Assembly: GCA_965246885.1 (NCBI GenBank)
Contig: CBDFFV010000001.1
Coordinates: 8,364 to 72,363 of the forward strand
DNA from: Abditibacterium sp.
GTDB taxonomy: Bacteria; Armatimonadota; Abditibacteriia; Abditibacteriales; Abditibacteriaceae
Direction of reading: 5' to 3'
Length of the DNA stretch: 64,000 nt
The notes below the pieces were generated by a model that did no database searches, had not been told where the DNA came from, and was given only the letters and a program-made list of their open reading frames with translations. Position numbers and translations under genes: made by a program. Below, in pieces: positions 8,535 through 16,810 of the stretch. Positions within the stretch are counted from its first letter, which is position 1. Each line of letters begins with the position of its first letter.

Positions 8535-10580
8535 TCAAATTCCTCTTACCTGTTCCGTTTGTGTAAACGCCATGTTTCCTGAACTCCCCTTTTCGACGCC
8601 TTGCAGCCACGCGCCAAGGGCCAGTACTCGCCACAGAGCAAATGCGACGCGCGTGACATGACCGCCGGAGGGCGGCAGAATTTTTAATTCTTCCCACAAG
8701 CGGTGCACGGCAGCGACGTCGAGCCACTCAGCCAGCGCGCCCGGTTCTTCCAGCCATGTTTCAATGCGTGCGGCTTCAACCGCGCGCAGCCCATGAATCA
8801 TTTGCGGCGCGAAGTTCGTTTTCGCGGCCCGCCATTGCACTCCCGGAGGTAGTAGCCCTTGCATCGCGCGGCGCATGACCCAGCGATTCCAGCCGTCGCG
8901 CAGTTTTTGATCGGACGGCAGGCTTAGACACAGTTCCACCATCTCCTGCTCCCAAAACGGAACGCGCACTTCAAGCGCGTGCGCGCCCGCCTGAGAATCT
9001 ATCGCTTCGAGGGCAACCGCTTGCATGGCAGTCCCCAACATTTCGGCGTGGTGGGCGCGCACGATTGGACTAGCGGGAGGAGAAGAAATGGCCGGCAGCA
9101 AAGCGCGTTTGTCGGCGCGCACCAGTTCTCGCACCAATGCGGCGCTTTCTTCGTCTTCCGACGCGGAACCGGAGCGCGCGCGAGGAAAAGGCATGGCCTC
9201 GATGCCGCGTGAAAACAGGCGCAGAAAACGTCCGAGGAAGCGGGTGCCGCGCGCGCGTTGCATGAGCGGCCCCCACCACAACGGCCAGATGGATTGATTG
9301 GTGATGCCAGCGCGCCGCAGGGCGCGCAGTTCGTGGCGCGCCGCCCCGAAACGACGCTGAAAGGCCAATTCCGCCACCCGCTCGTAACCCAAAAAGACCA
9401 CTTCGTCGCCGCCGTGCCCATCCAACACGACCTTCACGCCCGCTTCTTGAAGCGGTGGGTATTGCACCCACGTCGAGCAGGTGTTGGGGCCAAGGGGGGG
9501 GCCATCGAGGTGCCACACGACGCGCTCGATGTCGTGCAAGGCGCCAATGTCGTCGCCCCAAACCCACTCGCGCCGGAGCTTGTCGCCCGCCAAGGCGAGG
9601 TTTTGCTCGATCCAAGGGCGCTCGTCGCATTCGGCGAAGCGGGCAAAGACCGTCGAAAGCGCCAAAAGAGGCACTTTGTCGGGCGGGGCTTGGCGGATCG
9701 CCACCGCCGCCACGGACGACGAGTCCAACCCGCCCGACAAAAACGTGGCCAGTTCGCCCGCGCTCCGGCTGCGCTCGGCGACGCTGCGCTCAAAGGCCGC
9801 TTTCACCCTTTGGGCGTAATCATCATCATGCGGAAGTTCCAATTCGCGGCTCGCGTCGAGGCTGAAATACTGCCCTTGGCGCGGTGAGGCGGACGGGTGG
9901 GCATCGAGTGCAAGCGAAAGGGTGCGCGCGGGTGCCAAGCGCTCGACGCCCTCATAAAAAGTGCGTGTGAAAGAAGTAATTTCCCCCGCGAGATATGCGC
10001 CGATTTGAACCTCGTCGGGGCAGGGCGGGAAGGGCAGGGCGGGCCACAGCGCCTTGATTTCGTTGGCGAAAGCGAACACGACGCCCGGCACGAAAGCGAA
10101 GTAAAAAGGTCGCACGCCGAAGCGGTCGCGCGCGCAGAAAAGGGTCTGATTCTTTTCGTCCCACACGGCGAAAGCGAAGTCACCCTTTAAATGGAAGGGC
10201 GCTTCTTCGCGCCACAAGGAATACGCTTCGAGCGCCAAGCGTCCGTCGCTCCACGCCCGCGCTTTCGTTGTATCAAGTCCAAGCTCGAACGCCAACGCTT
10301 CCCGTCCGTCCAAGCGCACGTCACCGACCAACCGCAACCACTCGCCGCCATCGGCGCTTGGAAGAGAAAGGGCGGCGGCGCCCCCAGCGCATTCCCACTG
10401 CGCTTGCGGGGTGGCGTTGAGCGGAGCGGAACCTAACGCGACGGCGCCGCGTGCGTCCGTCCAGCGCGCGTTCCATCCGGCAACGTCTACCCGATGGCGC
10501 AGACGCTCCAGCATAGTGGCGGCGACCGCGTCAGAAGCCTCGCTGCCGTCCAAGCGGACGTATCCGACAAAAGCGCTCAT
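8535..10580 (-). CDS. Lasso peptide cyclase / isopeptide-bond synthetase (C protein, AsnB-like)
   Basis: ARDRFGVRP, LSGGLDSS, GHGGDE, EVRVPFW. Starts MSAFVG without the catalytic Cys of true AsnB. ATGA overlap with the B2 stop. Confidence 0.9.
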   Translation of the reverse strand: MSAFVGYVRLDGSEASDAVAATMLERLRHRVDVAGWNARWTDARGAVALGSAPLNATPQAQWECAGGAAALSLPSADGGEWLRLVGDVRLDGREALAFELGLDTTKARAWSDGRLALEAYSLWREEAPFHLKGDFAFAVWDEKNQTLFCARDRFGVRPFYFAFVPGVVFAFANEIKALWPALPFPPCPDEVQIGAYLAGEITSFTRTFYEGVERLAPARTLSLALDAHPSASPRQGQYFSLDASRELELPHDDDYAQRVKAAFERSVAERSRSAGELATFLSGGLDSSSVAAVAIRQAPPDKVPLLALSTVFARFAECDERPWIEQNLALAGDKLRREWVWGDDIGALHDIERVVWHLDGPPLGPNTCSTWVQYPPLQEAGVKVVLDGHGGDEVVFLGYERVAELAFQRRFGAARHELRALRRAGITNQSIWPLWWGPLMQRARGTRFLGRFLRLFSRGIEAMPFPRARSGSASEDEESAALVRELVRADKRALLPAISSPPASPIVRAHHAEMLGTAMQAVALEAIDSQAGAHALEVRVPFWEQEMVELCLSLPSDQKLRDGWNRWVMRRAMQGLLPPGVQWRAAKTNFAPQMIHGLRAVEAARIETWLEEPGALAEWLDVAAVHRLWEELKILPPSGGHVTRVAFALWRVLALGAWLQGVEKGSSGNMAFTQTEQVRGI

Positions 10581-11053
10581 GACGTTGCGCCACCGGGAGA
10601 GGGCGGCGCAAGAGTAGCCGATGCCCCTTTGGGCGCGACCGTCAAGAGCGGTTTCCACCTCTCAATCGGCCCCCCGATGATGACCCGACCCTTCCACTCG
10701 ATCCATGCGTGCGCTTCAAACGGTTTGCGTTTGTTCGCGGTGGCGTCCACTCCCAGCACCAGCGCACACACCTCGCCCTCGCGGGCCAATACTGTTTGCA
10801 GCGTGAGAGCTTGGGTGAGACACGAGGCGCGGGGAACAAAACGTGCCGCCCGCCTGACCGCATGGGCGCGCCGCCACACTTCAAAGGGCACCAATTCCGC
10901 CACCTGACTGGCCCGCGCCGCGTCGAGCAGGCGCGACGCGTCCTCTTCCCACTGTTTGGAGCAGGAGGTGATGGGGCTGCGCCACAGCGCCCACCGCACG
11001 CGGGCGACGAGCGGCAAGTAGCGAAACGTCAAAGCCAAATCTTGCGAGGCCAT
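10577..11053 (-). CDS. Lasso peptide leader peptidase (B2, transglutaminase-like)
   Basis: SCLTQAL...LVLGV...FEAHAWIE (Cys-His-Glu/Asp triad pattern). Start uncertain: ATG 11053 or GTG near 11104. Confidence 0.88.
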   Translation of the reverse strand: MASQDLALTFRYLPLVARVRWALWRSPITSCSKQWEEDASRLLDAARASQVAELVPFEVWRRAHAVRRAARFVPRASCLTQALTLQTVLAREGEVCALVLGVDATANKRKPFEAHAWIEWKGRVIIGGPIERWKPLLTVAPKGASATLAPPSPGGATS

Positions 11054-11094
11054 AGTTTTGGAACAGGAAGACCGGGGGAAAAGGGCGCTCCGGC

Positions 11095-11382
11095 TTATTC
11101 GCACACTTCGATGAGTCCGCGTTCGAGCAGTTGACCCAGCAAGGCCAACACGTCGTTTTGGCACTGCGTGGCTTCGACGTCGTATTCGTCCAGTAGCTGC
11201 GAGGTGATCTCTTGGATTTCGCGCGGGCTTTGGATGAGTTCCCAGATGCGCGCTCCGACGGGATCGAGGCCGTAGTAGATGCCGTTTTGCAAATCTAAGA
11301 TAGCCGCTTCGCCTGCGAGGTCGCACGAGACCTGCTCGCTGGCGGCTTTAACTTGGGTTGTGGGCAGGAGAGTGTGTGTCAT
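11095..11382 (-). CDS. PqqD-family RiPP recognition element (lasso B1)
   Basis: 95 aa; EAAILDLQNGIYYGLDPVGARIWELI...EYDVE...DVLALL.QL.ERGLI. Confidence 0.93.
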   Translation of the reverse strand: MTHTLLPTTQVKAASEQVSCDLAGEAAILDLQNGIYYGLDPVGARIWELIQSPREIQEITSQLLDEYDVEATQCQNDVLALLGQLLERGLIEVCE

Positions 11383-11406
11383 AGAGAATGGATGAGAAAA
11401 TACTGT

Positions 11407-12909
11407 TTATTCGGCGTCAGTGTCGCGCGCGGCGCTTCCATTGAGGTATTGACCGTTGCGCGCCACGATTTGAAGCGCGGGCAGGGGAGCCGGTTCACCA
11501 GTGGCGGGGGCCGCATCGTGAATTTGGGTGAGACCTCCTCCGCCGTCGAGAGGCACACTGGGCTTCGATTGTTCGGAGCGTTCGCTGATGGCGGGCAAGT
11601 CGGGTGTGACCAACCGGGTGGGTGCTTCGACCGACACGATGTCGGAGGGCGCACTCGGCTCGCGTTCGCCGATGACAGTTTTACCGTCCGGGGCCAAAAT
11701 GTGACGGCGGCGGTCGAACCACGCGAAGCGTCCGGCTTTGACGACGGCGCGGCGGCGGTCGCCCTCGCGCGGGTGGCCTGCTGGATTGCGGCGGCGATCG
11801 CCGGTTTCGTCGCGGCGGTCGCCGGGGCTGGTGGTAGCAATGACGTGCTGGATTTTGGCGCGGAAACTGGGGGTATCGAAGCGCATGGCGTTTTCGCGGA
11901 TGACTTCGGGGTTCCATTCATGGGCGTAAGCGCGCTCGACCGCTTCGCATAGCGCTTCAGTGGTTTGCGGGCGGAACAGGATGCCGCTTTTGCCCTCGAC
12001 TTGCACGTCCAAGGCGCCGCCTGCGGCAAACGCCACGACCGGCACGCCCGCCGCGTTCGCTTCGACGGGCGCGATGCCAAAGTCTTCCTCACCGGGCATC
12101 AGATACATCTTCGCGCGGGCAATAAGGCCGGGCAGGTCGGCGTCGGACACGTAACCCAGAAACTCAATCGTCGGCCCGGCAATGGCTTTGAGAGCGTCCA
12201 ACTGGCGCCCGGTGCCAATCACTTTCAGGGGTTGGCCTAATTTTGTGAACGCGCGCACCGCCAAATCTACGCGCTTATATGGCACCAAGCGCGAAGCGAC
12301 GATGCCGTAGTCCCCGACCTCACTGCGCGGGGCGAGTTGGAATCGTTCGGTGTCCACCGGCGGGTGCACGACTTCGGCTTCGCGGCGGTAGAACTTGCGG
12401 ATGCGGCGCGCGACGGCGCTGGAGTTGGCGATATACCTGTCCACGCGCATAGCGGCGATGGCATCCCACGTGCGCAAATAGTGCAGCCCCGGCGCAAGCA
12501 TCGAGCGAATAGGGGAGGAGATGCGTTCTTTCTCGACGTAAGAGGTCGTCGCCCAAGCGTAGCGCATCGGCGAGTGCGTGTAGCAAATGTGGGTGGTGTG
12601 CGGCTGGGTAATGACACCCTTGGAAAACGCCGACGAGCTTGACAGTACGAGGTCGTAACTGCTCAAATCGAACGATTCAAAAGCGGTCGGGTAAAGCAAA
12701 AGCGCCGCACGGTGCGTCATCCGCTTGGCGGGCAAACGCTGCAAAAACGAGGTGCGAATATCCCAAGAGCGATACGTAGACGGCATCGCGTCGGGGTCAT
12801 ACGCCGACGTGAAGACGGGCGCTTCCGGGAAAAGGTCGTGGAACACCTCGACCACCTTTTCGGCGCCCCCCATTTGCATCAAAAAATCGTGGACAATTGC
12901 AACTCGCAT
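11407..12909 (-). CDS. GT4 glycosyltransferase with Arg-rich (DRR repeat) C-terminal extension
   Basis: MRVAIVHDFL..GGAE, YTHSPMRY, EEDFGIAPVEA. About 140 extra residues at the C-terminus; stops 24 nt before B1. Confidence 0.88.
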   Translation of the reverse strand: MRVAIVHDFLMQMGGAEKVVEVFHDLFPEAPVFTSAYDPDAMPSTYRSWDIRTSFLQRLPAKRMTHRAALLLYPTAFESFDLSSYDLVLSSSSAFSKGVITQPHTTHICYTHSPMRYAWATTSYVEKERISSPIRSMLAPGLHYLRTWDAIAAMRVDRYIANSSAVARRIRKFYRREAEVVHPPVDTERFQLAPRSEVGDYGIVASRLVPYKRVDLAVRAFTKLGQPLKVIGTGRQLDALKAIAGPTIEFLGYVSDADLPGLIARAKMYLMPGEEDFGIAPVEANAAGVPVVAFAAGGALDVQVEGKSGILFRPQTTEALCEAVERAYAHEWNPEVIRENAMRFDTPSFRAKIQHVIATTSPGDRRDETGDRRRNPAGHPREGDRRRAVVKAGRFAWFDRRRHILAPDGKTVIGEREPSAPSDIVSVEAPTRLVTPDLPAISERSEQSKPSVPLDGGGGLTQIHDAAPATGEPAPLPALQIVARNGQYLNGSAARDTDAE

Positions 12910-13423
12910 TTCAAAACCTCTGACTCTGGCGCTTAGTCGAGAATCCTTGAATTTTCGCCGAGTGCCCGGCGAAGGGATTGCCTTCTCGAATTATACCCGC
13001 TTTTTTGTTAAGCTTTCCCCGCTCCTCTCGGAGTGGGGGTCGTTAACCTCTGCCTTTCCCCACTCCGAGCCGCGCCCGCCGAAGCAAGATGGTCTCCAAG
13101 AGCGGGACAAGCGGCGTTTTCATTGGGCCGTCCGAAAGATTCACCGCTTGGGTGAAACATTCGGCGTGATGCCCTAAACGCTCGCAGTGACACGGTTTTG
13201 GCCGCATCGAGGCGAAATATAGACCGCCCCGGAAGCCGCTTGGTTCAATCGTAACCCGTTTTGGTAGCGCGCGCCCTACTTTAGAAAAAAACACGCGCAA
13301 AGATGCCGCCAAGGCTGCCCGGCGTTCACTGCCATGTCGCCGTGTAGGTATGAGGCAACATTTTCACCTCTGTGTTTCATCCGCGCAAATTTCTGTCGTC
13401 GGCAAGTTGTGAAAGTCCTCCGT

Positions 13424-14713
13424 TTAAGCGGTAAGCTTGGCGGCGAGTCGGTCGGGGAAGCGCTCTTTGACTTCGCGGCGGCGCCCGCGCGTTATCTCCC
13501 CGCGCGCTCCTGCCGTGCCGGGGTTGTCACGCAAGAAGGGCGCGAGTCCCTCCCGCACGCGCTCCTCGATGGCTGTTTGCTCGTCGGGCGCAAGCTCGGC
13601 GAAGACGGCATCCAGCGCCTGATTCTGCTCCTCCTCGTCCTCGAAATCTAAGGGTAAAAGCGCGCGCGGCCCGAAATCGGGCAACAAGATTTGTCGAAGC
13701 GAACCGGGAGGGGGCGTTAATGGGCCGTTGACGGCCATTCCCGGCGCTTGTGGCGCTTCCGGGCCATGATGTGCCAAAACGGGAGAAAGCGGGCTTCCAA
13801 AGCGAAATGTGGCGAGCGGCTCGCCATCTTTGGCCGCCTCGATTTCCATGCTTTCGAGATACCCGCGCGAGATGAGTTCCTCGACGGCGGGCGCCAGTTT
13901 TTCGCGGATTTTCGAGGGGTATTTGTAGGGCGACATTCCCAATCGGTCGCGCAACTTCCACAAACCGAGGGTGATGATCTTGCGCGGCGGCTTGTCCGCG
14001 TGACGCAGTAACTCCAGCAGGCGAAACAAGCGCCGCGAGGTCGGCGAGTCGAGCGAGATGGCGAAATCGAGCGCGAGCGAGCGCACGTTGCCCGCGTGAA
14101 AAGAGGTGTGGAGTACCTCGTCCCAATGAAACCACGAGAGCGGCAGATGCCCCTGCCCCTTGCGTCCGCGCGCTTCGGCGGAGATGGCGTAAGAACTGAT
14201 AATACCAAAAGCAATGGAATCGTAGGGCGCTTTGCGGCGCGCGTCCCAAAAGGCGTGTTGCGCCGCGATGTGAACCGCGCTCAAGCGGTTGAACGCCAGC
14301 TCCAACTTTTTGTACCCGAGGTCGTTCGGGTTCCAGTCGAGCCGGGAAAGTAACTCGTAGCGGGAGAAAGTGACTTTTTGCGGCCACTCGCTTCCGGCGG
14401 CGGCTTCGCGGGTGAGTTGCAGCAAGACGAGATACAGCAACTCTTCGTTCGGCCCGGGCAACCCGTACGCCGTCGGAGTTGTGACATGCCACCGAGCGTT
14501 GACAAGCCTTCCGTCCGGCAAAGTACGCGGCGTTTCGGAAAGCAGTTCGTTTTCGCTTTGACGACCGGGTGGTTGTAAGAGCGCGAAGGGATGTCCGGCT
14601 AAATTCATCTCGTCGCGCCCGGAGTGATCGTCACCGAGCAAAACGAGCTGCGCCGAAGGCAACGGCGCAGCCGTTTTTGCCTCCGTTTGCGAAGCAAAAT
14701 TGCTTTTTTTCAT
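13424..14713 (-). CDS. repA: Plasmid-type replication initiator protein (RPA/RepA-like)
   Basis: DEMNLAGHPFALL N-terminal motif, winged-helix-like FSRYELL..L.W and RRLFRLL segments; adjacent to the iteron array. Alternative start at 14758. Confidence 0.8.
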   Translation of the reverse strand: MKKSNFASQTEAKTAAPLPSAQLVLLGDDHSGRDEMNLAGHPFALLQPPGRQSENELLSETPRTLPDGRLVNARWHVTTPTAYGLPGPNEELLYLVLLQLTREAAAGSEWPQKVTFSRYELLSRLDWNPNDLGYKKLELAFNRLSAVHIAAQHAFWDARRKAPYDSIAFGIISSYAISAEARGRKGQGHLPLSWFHWDEVLHTSFHAGNVRSLALDFAISLDSPTSRRLFRLLELLRHADKPPRKIITLGLWKLRDRLGMSPYKYPSKIREKLAPAVEELISRGYLESMEIEAAKDGEPLATFRFGSPLSPVLAHHGPEAPQAPGMAVNGPLTPPPGSLRQILLPDFGPRALLPLDFEDEEEQNQALDAVFAELAPDEQTAIEERVREGLAPFLRDNPGTAGARGEITRGRRREVKERFPDRLAAKLTA

Positions 14714-14793
14714 AAATTTTTTTCCAATAAGGATTTTCTTTCTACTTTCTATGTGCAAAGTATGGCTTTATAAAGCCCACGCAAGGCGATCAT

Positions 14794-15122
14794 TTCCCCA
14801 ACAAGGCGTGTTTCCTTCCCCAACAAGGCGTGTTTAACCGTCCCCAATTTCCCCAACAAGGCGTGTTTCTTTTCCCCAACAAGGCGTGTTTCTTTTCGAC
14901 CTCTTCCCCAACAAGGCGTGTTTCCCGATTTTAAACACGCCTTGTTGGGGAAATCCGCGCAAATCCACGCTCAAATGCCTATGGATAACTTGGGGATAAC
15001 TTTTTAAACACGCCTTGTTGGGGAAGGATTTATCGACTCCTGAAACCTCTTCCCCAACAAGGCGTGTTTAAAATCGCGTGACTGCGCCCGAAATGCCTAA
15101 AGAAACACGCCTTGTTGGGGAA
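14794..15122. repeat. Iteron array / replication origin: nine copies of TTCCCCAACAAGGCGTGTTT
   Basis: Direct copies at 14794, 14816, 14849, 14872, 14904 and 15050; inverted copies at 14933, 15006 and 15103. Confidence 0.9.
14980..14999. promoter_or_regulatory. Two tandem DnaA-box-like 9-mers inside the origin
   Basis: TATGGATAA (14980-88) and TGGGGATAA (14991-99), each one mismatch from TGTGGATAA, 11 bp apart. Confidence 0.55.
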
Positions 15123-15326
15123 ATCCACGCTCAAAGGATAACTTCGGACAGTTCCAAACCCAGTTCGGTGAGGAAGTCACTGGCGCGAGCCGATTTTCCC
15201 CTTTCATCGGGATTTGTAACAGATTGTATGGAGTATTAAGAAAAAGAAAACGCGACGAAAAGAGCCTGCCATCGCCGCCAAACGCCCGCTTATAGCCGCC
15301 GAAAAGCGGGTTATGAAAGGGATAAA

Positions 15327-16634
15327 TTACAGTTTTACTATACGAGAATGTGGCTGCTCCGCGACTGATTTGAAGGCGTTGCGGGTGTCCACGATGAGGC
15401 GCGCCTGCGACGCTATGGCGGGTAAATCGTAGAGGCGGTGGTCGGTAAGCATCACCACGCAGTCGGCTTCCAGCACCTTTTCTACCGGTTGCGACTCCAT
15501 CGGATGTTCGCCAATGCGCACACTTGGAACGTGCGGATCGTTATAAACTAAGCGCGCGCCGCGCGCCAGAAGCAACTCCGCCACGCGCAGCGACGGGGAT
15601 TCCCGACAATCGCCGATGTTGGGCTTATAGCTCATGCCGAGCAGCCCAATGGACGAGTTTTTGACGGCTTTGGCGTCGTCGTTGAGCGCGCGCGTGACCA
15701 GTTCCACCACATGATGCGGCATGGCGCGGTTGATTTCGCCCGCCAACTCGATGAAATGCGTTTGAAAATCGTGCTGGCGCGCCTTCCACGACAGATAAAA
15801 CGGGTCAATCGGGATGCAATGCCCGCCCAAACCCGGCCCCGGCAGAAAGCGCGTGAAGCCGTACGGCTTGGTCGAAGCGGCGTCTATCACTTCCCACACG
15901 TCTATCTCCATGCGGTCGCACAGCAGCGCCAACTCGTTCACAAGCGCGATGTTGACCGAGCGAAAAATGTTCTCCAACAGCTTGGTTAGCTCGGCGGCTT
16001 GCGTCGAACTGACCGGAACGGTGCGCTCGACGATACAATCATACAGCGCGCTCGCCGCCGCCAGACACGCGGGGGTGTGGCCGCCCACCACTTTGGGGAC
16101 TTTTTGAATCGGAAATGCGGCGTTGCCCGGATCAATGCGTTCGGGCGAAAAGGCGAGAAAGAAGTCCGTCCCCGCGCGCAGTCCGCCCGCTTCGAGCAGG
16201 GGGCGCACCACTTCATCGGTCGTGCCGGGGTAGGTCGTGCTTTCCAAAATCACCAGTTGTCCGGCGCGAAGCAAGGCCGCTACCGACGCCGCCGCGCTTT
16301 CGACCGCCCGCAAATCGGGGTCGCGCGCTTCGGTGAGGGGCGTAGGAACGCAGATGATGGCCGCGTCGCACTCGCGGAGCCGCCCGAAATCAGTCGTCGC
16401 CTCGAAGCGTCCCGACGCCCGCAACTGCCCCACGCGCTCCGCCGCGATGTCGCCGATGTGCGACTTTCCTGTATTGAGCGCCGCAATAGTTGCGGCGTTG
16501 AGGTCGAAACCAGTGGTCTTAAACCCCGCTTCGCCAAACGCCACGACCAGCGGCAGGCCGACGTAACCCAACCCCAACACGCCGACGGTGAGCGCGCGGT
16601 CATCGATTTTCTTCTGGAAAGCGGTGGCGGACAT
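15327..16634 (-). CDS. UDP-glucose/GDP-mannose dehydrogenase family (UDP-GlcNAc 6-dehydrogenase-like)
   Basis: GLGYVG, ICVPTP, ESTTYPGTT, FSPERIDPG, GGHCIPIDP. Start 16634 or 16661. Confidence 0.9.
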   Translation of the reverse strand: MSATAFQKKIDDRALTVGVLGLGYVGLPLVVAFGEAGFKTTGFDLNAATIAALNTGKSHIGDIAAERVGQLRASGRFEATTDFGRLRECDAAIICVPTPLTEARDPDLRAVESAAASVAALLRAGQLVILESTTYPGTTDEVVRPLLEAGGLRAGTDFFLAFSPERIDPGNAAFPIQKVPKVVGGHTPACLAAASALYDCIVERTVPVSSTQAAELTKLLENIFRSVNIALVNELALLCDRMEIDVWEVIDAASTKPYGFTRFLPGPGLGGHCIPIDPFYLSWKARQHDFQTHFIELAGEINRAMPHHVVELVTRALNDDAKAVKNSSIGLLGMSYKPNIGDCRESPSLRVAELLLARGARLVYNDPHVPSVRIGEHPMESQPVEKVLEADCVVMLTDHRLYDLPAIASQARLIVDTRNAFKSVAEQPHSRIVKL

Positions 16635-16680
16635 CTGGCTTGCAGGGGCGTGGGGAATCATAGCGAGAAATAGCGCGGGC

Positions 16681-16806
16681 GACTCAATGACAGGAGCGCG
16701 CCATTCAGTGACAAAGGCGTGGAAATGGCCGCCAGACATGCGGGAATGGCTGCCAGACAAGTGGGAATGGCCCACCGAGGCGCGTCAGCCAGTGGCGCGC
16801 CTCGGT
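16681..16806. repeat. Degenerate 21-bp-period intergenic array (6 units)
   Basis: Units such as AAATGGCCGCCAGACATGCGG and GAATGGCTGCCAGACAAGTGG in a 21-nt register. Confidence 0.65.
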
Positions 16807-16810
16807 CTTT

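Noticed and set aside
11095..11382. PQQ biosynthesis (pqqD)
   Set aside because: No other pqq genes; the context is lasso B2/C.
12910..13423. Additional lasso precursor or small gene in intergenic regions (also 30468-30794, 31212-31358, 45113-45283)
   Set aside because: No YxxPxL leader or convincing ORF found by eye; only a TATAAT at 12995-12990 was noted.
14794..15122. CRISPR array
   Set aside because: Spacers are very short and irregular, orientation is mixed, no cas genes are present and a Rep gene is adjacent; these are iterons.
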